Assembly: GCF_009834535.1 (NCBI RefSeq)
Contig: NC_045696.1
Location: 7,132,001-7,196,000, forward strand
DNA length: 64,000 bases
Direction of reading: 5' to 3'
From: Camelus ferus
Taxonomy: Eukaryota
Below, in pieces: positions 13,059 to 26,591 of the stretch; position 1 is the first letter of the stretch; every line of letters starts with the position of its first letter. The notes under the pieces were generated by a model. It searched no databases. It saw nothing but the letters and a program-made list of their open reading frames with translations, and was not told where the DNA came from. Position numbers and translations under genes: made by a program.

Positions 13059-15280
13059 TAGGGGCAGGCAGACTTTTTAAGAAGCCGGATATTAAATGCC
13101 TTAGGCTTTCTAGTCCAAGAAGCAAAAATACTGTATAGGGATTTATATAATCAAAGAAAAATATTTAATTGGTGAACGTAAACTATAATAATAATTGAGC
13201 ATAATTTTTTTTGTAATATAGGTCTAGTAATGTGAATAATTGAATTTGGGGGGGGATAACATTTCACTTAACTGAAGTTCAAAGCCAGTGTTGCCTATCA
13301 TCAAGACTAATTGCACATGTGTATCTGTTAATGCTGATTTCTTATGAGATTTTACATATTTCATCCTTGAAAATGTCTTCCCGTGGATAGGTATTTCCCA
13401 GTACTGATAATCAGTCAATAAGCATAGGATTTTTAACTGAGCATATTTATTGCTTCAAAGGCATTTATAGAATTCTATGAGATTTTTCTATTGATGTTTG
13501 CCTTTTAGCAGATTAATCACTTCAATAGAAGCTTCTGTGGAAGCTCCTGAGTTGCAGTTAAATGGATTTTGCAGTGTGGAAATTTCTTTGGGGTTTGCAT
13601 TAAGTTCTAAAAACTGCTGCTGGAACCGTAGTTTGAGCTCAGATAATATACCTGCTGCAAATGTGTGTGGGAATGGAAGTCTTGCTTCGTGTTTCAGCTT
13701 TCAACAACATGCTAACATTAGTTGTAATTCCAACAACGTTAGTTCTTACTGAGATGACTTCACCATAGTGTGAATTCCACACATAAACATTGTTTTGCCT
13801 TGTGATTTTAAAGAGAATTCATTAAGACACATTATCAAATCTGCTGCAAAAGCTTATTTCCAAAGCTGTTCAGTGTTTGATAACAGTAGCAGTTTTTTTA
13901 ATCCAGAAAAATTTCAGTCATGGTCTTGAGCTCAGAAATTGAAATAAAACTTCACTACTAAACCACTGAGCTGCGGCATCATAGGCCATTTCAGAAGTTT
14001 CAGATATGATTTCTGACAAAAATTCATGGAATTGTTGACAGTTAAGTCCACAAGAGCAACTGAAGTTCACTGTTGGCAATATTGGCTCAATTACACGTTT
14101 CAAATATTTTCCAAAAATACCTGTTAATTTAAGAATACAGTAACTACCCCCAGACTTTCACACCTTGTATTATCACAAGCTTTTTAAGTTCATCCTTTTA
14201 AGCCTTTTCTACTCCACACATATTTTTTACACATCTTAGCAGATTCTACTTCAGGTTGCACTGAATTGGTTTTCTCAACTTTGAAAGTATTTTTGCCTGT
14301 AGGTGTTACACACAGGCCACTGACAAAGGCTAATTCTTCAGTTATTTCCCCTTTGGCATGGGCTCCTCAGATAAACTAACATATGTCAAGTCTTGTAAGA
14401 AGAGTCAGGGAAAAACGCTCAAAGTCATTTGCTTTGTCTTCTAATTGTCGACACTGATCCTGATGATGGCCTCAACACTGAGCAACTGACAGCCCTAAAG
14501 ATGCTCCCTTCTCATGTTTCCCCAGCTGCTGCATCAAACATGATTCAGTTAACCCACCTCAGGTAAGTGGCTTTCCTTGCGTGGCTAACAAATGAGCCAA
14601 TCAGAAACTTACTTTGGTTGCAGCCTCATTATCATTTTTTGTTTCTGTGAAGAAATTGTGCTGAAATATTCAATTTTAAATCTCCTAATGTTTCTGACCA
14701 TTGCATCCTCATGAGTTAGAAGTTCTTTGACGGATGTTTAGACTGGTAATGCCAACACATATCGTTTTCTGTATAATGTGCCAGCTACCATATCATTGCA
14801 CTTTGCCGCCTAATTCAGTAACAAAATAACCCATCCTCCACCATGTCACAGTAGCACAGTAATCTTCGAAATCCACTTTCCTCTTCTCTTGTTTTGACAC
14901 GATGGCCACAGTGGTAATAAAAAATAAACGTGTGGCAGGGTGGAACACGCGGCACTCAGAATGCTGTGGATTTGTAACCGTCACTGCCGCACGTAGTGCA
15001 CCAGCCAGCCGGGCAAAACCTCTGTGCCATGCATGCTCTGTGCGGGGACCACGCAACTCCGCCAGTGTAGCAAAAAGCGAGCACAGGCCATTTGCAGGCT
15101 TTAAAATGCGGTGGTGTTCCAACTGCATTTACGCAAACTTCCTTTGTGGCTACCGAAATTTACATTTCACATACTTTTCACATCATGAAATGTTATTCGT
15201 CTGATTTTTTTTCAACCACTGAATATGTAAAAACCATTCTTAGCTGGGCGGGCCATACAAAAACTGGAGTGGGGCTGTAA
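13059..15280 (-). mobile_element. Near full-length hAT-Charlie transposon fossil (Cheshire/MER58-like) with decayed transposase at ~14900-13224
   Basis: Minus-strand peptides SKQEKRKVDF, VIEPILPTVNF..GLNCQQFHEFL and FSRMKYVKS..SALTD (hAT dimerisation region). MER58-like ends: taggggcaggcagactttt at 13059 and aaaccattcttagctgggcgggccatacaaaaac near 15240. Confidence 0.85.
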
Positions 15281-16257
15281 TTCTTTGGGGACAGACAGCA
15301 AGCAGATACCCAGGTCATCCCTGCTTCTCCAGAGCTCTCCTGTTCCTGAAGGGTACGCTGCCCTGGAAGCAGGTGCCAGGGGCTCGCTGCTGGCCCCCTG
15401 GGGGGAAATGGAGGGACAGCAGCAACAGGAAGGCTTCAGAGAGAAGGAAAAAAGGAGGGTTTTCTGATCATCACTAAAACGTAATGACTCTCTTTGTTTT
15501 TTCCTCCACTTGCATCTCTTATTTTTACCTTTGCTCAGGGAAACCTCAAGGGTCTCCCTCTTTCTTCATCCAGAGGCATGGCCCAGGACCTCTCTCACAT
15601 AAAAGGGCCTAGGGTACAACTCATCTGGATTTGCACAATTTGCCTAGACATGGGGCACAGATGGGAGAGGCAAGAGAGGCTAGTGGCTGCCACATGGGAG
15701 AAGCAGTCCCTGGGACGGGTCGCCCAACTTTGTGACACAACCCCCCAGAGACGCTGCTGGAGACACCAGCCTGACACCCCGCAGGGGAGGGGCTGAACCC
15801 GGGTGGGAATTACGGACCCTGGAAACCAGAAGGGACAAAAATGACTTTGGGAGAAAGGAGCAGGGTGAGGAACTGGGGTTCAGGGAAGGAGGAAGGGGAG
15901 GCAGCAGAATCTCTCCTCTCCTCCAGCACCTCCTGGACACTGTTTTAGTTGCATCCTTAAATGAAAAGAAAATCAGAGACAAACCTGGCCCACATTTCCA
16001 AATTTATGAAAGCCACGTCCAGTGTGGTTCATTAGAACAATACGGTCGTTCCAGAACAAATACACTGACGGCCCAGAAGCCAAGAGTCCACATATTAAAT
16101 TAGTCTCCCCGGTGACTCGGCCTCCAGGGTCGAGCTTGGCTCGGAGAACTGGCAAGAGCCTGGACTAGAAGCCTGAGGCTGTCCCTGGGCAGCTGGGTCA
16201 TCTTGAACAAGCTGCTTAAACTCACAGCTCTTCTCAAATGTAAAGTGAGGCGCTGGC

Positions 16258-16410
16258 CAGTGATTCTCAAACTTGAACGTGCATGTGAATTACCTGAAGG
16301 CCTGGTTAAGCCGCAGGCTCGGAGGAGGTCTGGGCCCGGCCTGAGAGTCTGCGTTTCTAACGGGCGGTGATGCCGATGCTGCCGTCCCCGGACTTCGCCG
16401 AGTGGCCAGG
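16258..16410. mobile_element. MER5A-like hAT MITE
   Basis: cagtgattctcaaacttgaacgtgcatgtgaattacctg...ggcctgagagtctgcgtttctaac. Confidence 0.75.
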
Positions 16411-18744
16411 CACCAGGTGCTCTCTGTCCCTCTGGTGGGCCTAAATCATCTGAAGGGTCAAGGCAGGCATGGGGCTGTTCTCTTATCAAAGTGCCCAGGC
16501 TCTCCTCCCATCTCCCTTTAACATTGTCTCAGTCACCATCACCTGCTCGCAGGAGAAGAACCGACGTCTCCCATCCCAGGCCTGACTTTCCCCCTTCAAT
16601 CCATTCTTTTACATTAAAGCACCTCCTTGACATCTCCACGTTAATGTCCTGTCCGTAAACCCCTAGTGCTCAGTCCTAAACTGCACACCGACTACATGGC
16701 ATGACTGCTGGACCTTAGACACTGCCCCTCCGGGTACCAGCACTACCTCCGCCGAGCCACTCCAACTGCCTCCCTCCACACATCTCCCTCTCAGCACCCA
16801 CCCCTCCCCTCCACCCCCAAGGACCATGGCTCTCCTTCCTGCGCAGCTCTGGACTCTACCCACTTAGAGACAGCTACTTGCAAGGCCTCTCACATCCTCA
16901 TCACATCGGGCTTTGAACATCCTCCTTCCTTCTCTGAGATTCTAGAACATTCCCACCACCACCTGGTAACTCCCATTCACCCAGCAGAAATCAGCCTAAA
17001 CCCCGATTCCTCAGGGACACACCCTCCAGCTCCTGGACCAGAGTAGGTCCCTGTTCACGCCCCGATTCTTATACACTTGGTCCAGCTGGAGTTGTTGGCT
17101 GGCTGTGCCACCCCTGTGGACAAACAGTGACTATCCTTGCTGCTGTCACCCCCAGGGCACAGCCAGGTGCCTTGCACAGGACAGGTGGTCACAACTTCTC
17201 TCATGCAGTCCTGATGTCAACTGCCCCCTCGCCACCCCAGCTAATAAGACATTGTTTTTCTTCGGAGTAGGACTTGCCATCTATAAACTGTTCCTGGGCT
17301 TAGTGTCCCAATTGCCTACTTTGATTTGGAGTGTCTTCTGCAGGAAGCAGGGGAGGTATGTCAAGTTCACTGTTTAAATCCGGACGGTGAGGGGGCGTCT
17401 CTCCTTCGCTCCTTTTCTCTGATCACTGCCAGGGCAGAGCACTCCTCGCAGAGCAAACTGAGCAGGGGGGGACGGACCACGGTGACCACCTATGTGGGAG
17501 GCCTCCCGGGACAGGTTCCCAACTTGACTCCTCCTGGGCCACTGCAGATGTGAAGTCATCGCCATCACACATGGGCAGGAGGGGCCTTCAAAAGGGCGTC
17601 CAGGTCTCACCAGCGCCGCATCCCTGCGCAGGGAGGACCTGGGTAAAGTCGTCCCGAGTCAGAGAGGTGGTGAGAATGCTGTGTGAGCCCTCAGCTCTCG
17701 GGCTCATGGCAGTGTTTGTCTTGACCCCCGACCACGGGACGTTCACCCGCATTCTACTGTGCACCGAGGTGGGCAGGGCAGGCCTTCGTGCCCAGAGCTG
17801 TGCCAGCAGGTCAGGGAAAACACGAGGAGATGTTAAGAGGCACAAATGCAGCCCAGTTTGGTTTGCAGCTAGAAGGCTGTACTGCTGTATTTGAATTTGA
17901 GGATCACAGGCACTCTGTCTCCCCAGACACCTTGAGCTCCGTCAGGGGAGCAGGTGAGGTCCCTTAGGAGCTCCACGCAGCTCCAGCCCAGGACTTACAT
18001 TCATGCACATGAACAGACTTCCTGCCCTGAGACATCTGTCCCCATGCTTGCTCTAAGGAAGGGAGGATATTTTAGGAATAAAGAGAAGGGGTCACATTGA
18101 GGGGCCCCCAGCTGGTGGAGGTACTGAGTCTCCTAACATATGAACAAAGGAAATTAAATAAAAATAAGAACAGCCGCAGCTGGCCCCTTAATGCTTTTGA
18201 AATGTAGGTTATAACCAATTAGGTTCTGAAAGCTCCCCGTGTTCTATCACTGTTTATGAACTTGGGAACTGGTTTTTTACTTATCTTGTTTTCTGCCTGA
18301 TCTAAGTCAAATCTCTGAAGGCTAAAAATGTAAGCTACGCCTTCAAGTGGGAAAAGGGACTAGGAGGGAGGCCACTGGAAACATGATGACCAGGTCGGAT
18401 GACAGTGCTTGTTAAAAAATGGGTCCTTTCCCTAGTTACGCCTCCAAACAGCCTCCTTGAAGTTAGAGAGGAAAATCCTTTATAAAACATTTAAGTAACA
18501 AACATTACATTGACGCAAACTACAAAACACACAACCTCAAAATTCTAAAACAGATGTAGGTAGGTAGGTGCCGTGCAGGAGCAAAATCAAGCAGTCAAGG
18601 AGCATGATCCAGCTAAGACTCCAGAAAAGAAAGTAAACTGGAAAATAATCCCATTCAATCGTTCATGGAGAACAGTACTCACCTAGTTTCCCACAGGGCG
18701 TTTGCTACATTCATATAGAAAAGGCAGGCTCAAGCATGCTGTGG

Positions 18745-18960
18745 ACTCCAGCTCTCTGGTTATTGAACGTTTCTTATATTGCGCCAAGGGTCGCATGTAC
18801 ATTATCTCAGGGAAGCCTGCACACAGCCCCACAGTGGATCTGACAGTTATTCCCATTTTACCAAAAAAAAAAAAAAAAAAAAAAAAAAGGACAGGGAGGT
18901 TTAGAGAAGTAAGCCATTTGCCCAGGGTAAGTGCAAGGATTTGAACGGACCGTAGAGCTG
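18745..18960. mobile_element. MIR SINE interrupted by a poly-A run
   Basis: ttattcccattttac-(A)n-gaggtttagagaagtaagccatttgcccaggg...ggatttgaac. Confidence 0.65.
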
Positions 18961-21900
18961 AACACGGCGGCGGCTGCACCCCGGGGCTTCCCGAACATCA
19001 GCCCAGAGTGGGTGGCTGATACGCGGGGCCACCCTCCGCTGGTCCTACGAGACCACGCGAGGCTGAGACGGGAAGCAGCGTGGCCCAGCCCCACCACCGG
19101 GGTAAACTTAACAAGGGCCAGTCTCATGGGACACCTGAGAGCCACTGACAGGATAGGATGTCACATCAAGCCACTTCCAAAAGGGAAGGTGACAAGAAAC
19201 AAACTGTGGAAGTTTTATACATATCTGCTAACTTCTGCCTTTCTTGGAGGCTTGTTGATCATATTTTATAATGCAGGCTAAGTTGTGAATTTTAATTACT
19301 CATTGATATATTTAATTAAATAAACTTCTATAATGAAACTACATTTTAAAACGTTCAATTCAGGCTTGTCGGATTAGCCACGCACACCTCCGTGCTGAGT
19401 CACTGCTGGCTGCGGGCGCACGATCACCTGCGTAGCTGCTTACAAACGGATGTCCAGGCCCCGCTTGCAGGTCTCTGCATCACAGGTTCTGGGACAGGGG
19501 TCAGCACAGCTGTGCTTTATGAAGTTCTACAAGCAAGTCTGACGTGCAGCAAGGTTGGAACTGCTGCTTTAAGTTCACGAGCACTGGCCTAGCGGTTTGG
19601 TAAGCTAACCTGGAGTTCACCCAGATCACTGTTTTTTCCCTAGATCCTGCTTACTGATTTGCTGGGCAACAAAGTGGAGAGGAGCCTGCAGACAACCGCT
19701 TCCCCGCCTCGGGTGCTTCTGCCTGGTCACCTCCCCAGCAGACTGGACCGGCCGGGCATGCGCAGACAGACGTCCTCCTTAGGGTCACTATGTCACTGAT
19801 TATGCTTCAGGTCTTTAAAAATATAAACAACCCTCTGACACCAGCAGAAGTCACCTTAGTTTCAAGGGAGCCGACAAGCCCCATCCCCACCCAGTCCACT
19901 ACTCATTTCTATGTGAGTCACTTCAGTCACTCACCAATTCAGCACGCTGGGCTCTAAAAAACCAATTCAACACTTTCCACTGGTGAAAGCTGTTCCTTTT
20001 TGGCAGACCACTACCCTCCCCCCTGGGGGTAGGGCTCAGCCCTCTCACCTCCTGCCGAGGCAGTAAGGCCCCAGCCCCTTCCCAGCTGTTAGGCTGGCTT
20101 CACTGCACCCCCAGGGCCTGCCCCTGCCTGGCTTTTTTCCCTTTGGGTCTGAATCTTCCCCTTTTACTGCAGCTTCAGCTAAAGAACTCAGGCAATTACA
20201 GTGATTAATGAGTAAATATGAAGAGTAATATTTACAAAAATAAAATAAAAGCCAAAAAAAATCCCAAAAGTAGCAATTTAAAATATTTAGTTGTAGAGAT
20301 AATCAAACTATGGTCCTCAAAAGAGACAAAATGTAATTTCTACATGGCCTTTCTACACGTCGCAACCTGAAAAATTCTTGAGTATCTTTCTGGATCTGAG
20401 AACACGCAGCTGAACACGCCCACACCAGCATCACTCAAGGCTGCCACCTGCCACCGTGAACGAGGGTGCACCCACTGGTGGCCCCATTTCCTCCATCTTT
20501 CACTAGGAGCTTTGCCACCATTTTCCCTAGACCACATTCAAAATGCACTTTACTAAACAAGATTCCTGCTCCAGTACTCTGCTCCTTCAGAACCCAGTTG
20601 AGAATGGACAGCGATAAACGGTTAGAGCAAAAAGGAAGCAAGTTGAAGCCTTGTCTTTCCCTCCTCACTGCTCCGGGGCAACATCCCCAGGCCAGGCCGG
20701 CTGTGGGTGGCGGGGAACTCACGGTGTGTCCCAACGGAAACTTAGTCTTTCCCAACCTCCAACTTTCTCATTAAAGGTCGTATTTTCAAGGTGTGAAGTT
20801 ACAGAAAAGAAACAAAAAAGTCCCTGTGTCTTCAGGTAAGTAAGTTGGCGCTAAAACCTGTGGGCCTCTACCTAGCTACTTGTTATGTGTTTAAATCAGT
20901 GTTCCAGCTAGAGAAATATTTGGGGGGAGGAGGTCTTTGAAAATTTAAGGTAAGAAATTGGAAAAAATTGATGACAAACACCTTGGGCTCTCCTTGTTAA
21001 GGCGAATGCTATCCCAGAAAGTTACGATGCAAGAATACCCTGGCTCTCCCACCATGGTCTGCTGCGAACAGCCGAAATCGGGGACCTTGGCTGTATGTAA
21101 TGCCAAAGAGAAAGACACACACACAAACCGCTGGACCACTTACCGTACCGAGTCCGTCTTCCACAAAAGGTAACGAATCCTTTAAACACAGGGATACGCA
21201 GAAAGGCCTAGTGGAGGGGAAGCCCGGGCGCCATCCCCGGGACGACCCAATGGACGCGCGGACGCGGTACTTCTGTGTATTATGAGGGACGACAGAGAAT
21301 AAAATAAGCTCACTTCGCAGGATTTCTTCTCTTGTTCTTTGTACTAAAAATTACATGATGCAAGTTTTCAACCCAGGAAACAAGTCTAGGGAAGGAGATC
21401 TGTGGTTAAGAAAATGAGGGCCTCCACGCTGCTCTTCCCAACACCAAGTGCCTCCCAGCGTCGTGTCCTCAGCCACCCCAAGGATACCAGGGAACCGGAA
21501 CGCAGTCTCAGCATACCAGAGTTGGTTCTTCCCCCAACCTTAATCTTAAAATTTCAAATCTTTTTTAAACATGGCACTAAGACTAAGTTCTGTATCTGGA
21601 ATGAACCGTCTGATCTACTAACTTTGGTCACCACTACAAAAATGGATATAAAAACGAGTACTGAATTTGTATTCTGAGAGCTAACAAAACCAAGGCCAAA
21701 GGAGAAACTGGGAAACTGGCCTAGAAGAAATTCAGCTTTTGCTGCCTCATCACTGTATGTGTTTCCTGATTACAGGACTTATTCTAACAATAAGTTTTAA
21801 CAACACAGGACCTGGATGGAAGAGGGAACAATGGCAAACACAACAGTTGTCCTGCGGGCCTTGTAATTATCTGCACCCGTAATGATTTTTCACGTGTAAT

Positions 21901-22479
21901 TCTAACGTTCATTAAAGAAAAATACGCCTAGGTTTTCTTGGAGTCCAATATCATACAAAATGTGCCACTTAATCTAAGTAATTAAAATGCTCATGGCCCT
22001 AAGAAAAATCTAAAGGAAGTTTTCCTTTCATATGTGCGGGAAGTGTAACTTTACATAGCCAACTTGAACTTAACAGAATCACATTTAACTTTTATTTTTA
22101 AGGTATAAGTTTTTTGCCTTCTGAAAGCCACCTTAATATATACTTACTCAGGTTAATTCATAAAAAAGAGGAGACTTTAGGTTAGGATTAGTTCACTGTG
22201 GCAGGAATTCTAGACTTTATACAAGAAAGTCCCTGACAGGCCCCCACACAAGGATCCAGGGAAAGAGGAACAATAGTACTTGTATTTCCTCTCGCTTCCA
22301 AGCAGGTCAAGGCCTAGAGAAAACCATCCAACTCTCACATTCGTCCTGAACACCAAGAGCTATCAGCACTTTGAATCAGAGAGGAACTGTGAATATGGTA
22401 ATCGTTCACATAAAGAATCAATTTTAAAAAGTAAAACAGTGGTCTGTTTCACCTCCAATTTTCACTTCCCAAGATTTCT

Positions 22480-25326
22480 GAGTCTGTGTCGATTAACTAC
22501 TATTTTCCTTTTTATACATTTGACTGAACTCGCACTCAGTATACCTACCAGACCATACCTGGACCAGGTTGATTGCATAGGAAGATTTTTACTATGTTTA
22601 CATTTTTCTTAAATTAATTTTAAAAAAGCATAGTAAAGAGTCTGAGGACAAATTATTCAACTGTTTATCATACATAAGACCGCATGACTATAATACAAAG
22701 GGGGGTTCTTTTTCATTTAACGTTACAATATACACAGCAAGTCCGGACCAGATCTTACAATCTGCACACAGGTATTTAACCTTTTCCATGCTGTTTATGT
22801 TTACAATGCACAGAAGTCCTGTAACCAAACCGTGTAGTAAAGCACACAAAACTGGACTGTAACATAACACAGTATGCAGAAGCATTGGATTTTATGACTT
22901 CCTTTATGTAAATAGCAGTTTAAAACTGCTTTCGTTTTTGTTTTTTTTGTTTTTTTGTTTTGTTTTTGGTGCTTGCTAAGATGTGGCAACCAGCACAGAA
23001 AAAAATGACCTGACCCATGTATCTTCCTTCACCTCAATTCCTCAACAGCAGTAACTACTGAATCCCTTTCGATATTGCTGGACTCAAGATGGTATCCTTT
23101 TATTCACTGTAAACCTTCATGAACTACCAAGTTCAAGAATCATCCACAGGCTTGACATTTAATTACAAAATAAATATGGATTTCCTGATTAACAACAAAA
23201 AATTTTTTGTGGTTTATAAAAACGGATATTCCCAAGTTTCCATTCACATTCACATAGTTTTAAGCCTTTCTTTTGTCACTGTTTACATATAAAAACCTGC
23301 TTTTTGTTCAGAAAAAGCTGACCTAGTCAGCCACATGGAATTGACCAATAAAAAGTAATGTGGTGTTCTGCTGAGTTGTTTTGAACAGGGTTATCGGCAG
23401 AGGTAGATTACTGCTTCTTTTCTAGGCTTCTTTGATCCTGGACAGGTAAATTCCTTATCTTCATTCTCCCAATTCAACCGCTCAAAAGTATAACACCGTA
23501 AAATTGGTCAATTTGAAATGGGAACACAAATTTAGCAACTGCCAGACTGTGTTACATTAAGGCAGCATAATCTCAAAACTAGGCACCTGTTAAACACCAG
23601 CCTGTTCACTTCAGGTCGCACGTGAGAGTTCTGCTTTACTCGTGCTCGTATTTTGGACCTGTTGGTGCAATCAAGGTCTCGCGTTCAAGTTTACAAGTAG
23701 GTTAATCAGGAATACAAGAATCAACTGCTGGTTCCATAGCTTCTGGATCCAGTGTCCCTTTACCTTCAGAAGCCTGAACACATTTAGGATGTAACAGATG
23801 TTGTAATCTTGAATTAGATGTCAATCTATTATGTTCAGTACACAGATTGCTGTAAATGTATTGGCTATGGATTCAACAACAGTTCCAGTTTTGTTTAAGC
23901 AATAGTACAGCCATAATTTTTCAACTGACATTTAAAAATGGTCTAGTTACACCTTGTGTCAAAGTGCAGAACTGCTACATTATTGGTTACAGACATCTAT
24001 GTGCTATAAAAACAGCTTTGGTACAATAAATTATCAAAAAAGAAAATAAATTTTTGTAAAATTCACAGCATAATTGTGAGGCAAAAAAGCAGTCACATAA
24101 AATTCTGCATTTTTTAAAAATGTTCAGGATGAACAGAAGACATCTTTGTGCAGAAGAAATGGTGGAGATACCACGTGCCGAGAAAAAGCAAAAGAAAAAG
24201 TAAAAAGCAGGAAGGGACACAGCTGTAGCTATTTCCATCAAAGCAAACCACTACTTCTGTGACCTTCAACCAATAAGGAAGTCAACTTTATGACACACGC
24301 AAAGTGACCTTGCAATACCTTACAATTAGTGGGTCACAAAAGTCTATTTTAAAAGAAAGGCCTCTTGAATTACCCATTCTCTGTGTTTTCAGCATTAAGG
24401 ACTGTCTGCAAAAGCATGTCCCAAAGTGATTGCATCTGAAATGGTAGGCTCTTCTAATTTCGAGTCCAAATCCATAAGGCCAAAGGTTATCCCAAAGACC
24501 ACCACTCAGACCTCCCCAGGACTGGCCACGACTGACCCGTTGATTGCTTCTCAGTGCACCTTGGCTAGGAGACCAGTCACGTTCCACTCCTATCTCACTG
24601 CGGCCCCGACAACGGGAGGCCCCCAGGATCCCAGGGAACCGCTGCTTTGCTCCTCAGTAGGTTCAGACAGGAGAGTTCTGATCCCGCCACTTAGCATGCT
24701 TACTGTGCCTTACAAACGCCAACACCACCGTCCCTTCCATACAGCTGAAGGTGATGGATGCTGTGTGAGCTGGAGGTCCCTCTTCCTGACAGGACTGCGT
24801 TTCCGTGCCCAAGTGTGTTTGGAGGACTTAAAAACCCAAATGTCCCACCCCCCCACCAGAAACAAAACAAAAACAAAACAAAAATGGGAAGAAAAAAAAA
24901 AAAGGAAAAACGAAAAGGGGGAAAAAAACACCCTCATGGGGCCCTTTATGCAAATTATGTGCAGTGCCTTTTATTTTAAAATTAGTTGGCAAATGATCAA
25001 GACCAATGTCAGAACAGTAACTTTTGTGGAATAGAAAGACAAAAAACCCCACTATGACTGGGATGTGGCAGGTTAAAATGGGGGAGGCAAAAAGAGGACA
25101 CCTCTGAGCTATCCATGAAGATGGGTTTGGACATGGCTCTTTTAAAAACTTCATTGTCCCTTTGCAATCTTTTCAAGTTAAAAAAAAAAAAAGTCAGCTT
25201 TGCCCTCTTGTAGCGGTTCAGTGTGTTAATCTCCTTCTGATTCAAGCAGCTTTGCACTTTGTTTTTTGGAAAAAAAACACCACTTCTATAAAAACACACA
25301 AGAAACAAACTCAAGTTTCAATTTAG
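22480..25326 (-). other. DYRK1A: DYRK1A 3' UTR (distal end approximate; may extend further)
   Basis: Follows the TGA. No recognisable transposon sequence, U-rich on the sense strand. Minus-strand AATAAA at 24970-24975, 23099-23104 and, just beyond, 22091-22096. Confidence 0.7.
23748..23755 (-). promoter_or_regulatory. miR-199-5p 8mer seed site (ACACTGGA) in the 3' UTR
   Basis: + strand tccagtgt; complementary to seed CCAGUGU with A at position 1. DYRK1A is a known miR-199b target. Confidence 0.6.
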
Positions 25327-25977
<651 letters not shown>

Positions 25978-26209
25978 TCAGAGAACCATTGCCAAGTTTT
26001 AAACTTCAATGAAAAGCTACAACACTAGCATTTACATTAATTAGAGGTTTCTGAAACTTCAATGTGTTAGATAGTTCTGTAACACAAACTTCCACAAACA
26101 TGTTCAAGAGTGAAAAACATTTTACTATGCAATCTTCAGCAAGTTATACCCATAAACAGGCTCATATATTTTACTGGCCACGTTCTTTCCTTGGGAGCAT
26201 TGCTTATGC

Positions 26210-26260
26210 CAGGGGTCAGCAAACTTTTTCTGGAAAGGGCCATAGCGTAAATATTTCTGA
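26210..26260. mobile_element. MER58-like terminal fragment
   Basis: caggggtcagcaaactttttctggaaagggcca. Confidence 0.65.
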
Positions 26261-26591
26261 TGGGTCCCAAAGGAATTCTTTGCTGTCCCCCTAAAGTCCC
26301 TCCCCTCTCCATCTTTCCTGTTTTGATAAAAGCCCTACTACTCATCCAGCTGCGCAACCATCCCTCCATTCAGACAGCCAGCAAGCACTACTGAAGCCAC
26401 CTCCATACCAGAGCCCAGTCTGGCCTCTCTTCTCCATCTCCAAAACCTGACCCTAGATGAGGTCACTACCATCTCTTGCCCAGACTAATACAACAGCCTC
26501 CTAAATCAATCAACTCCCATCTTCCATCCTTGCCTTTTTCCAAACCACTTGTCAAATAGGAAGAATAATTCTTTTTTAAAAGCACAAATCC

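Noticed and set aside
24426..25034. 202-aa plus-strand ORF
   Set aside because: Antisense to the 3' UTR, non-ATG start, low-complexity Lys run from an A-tract, no recognisable domain.
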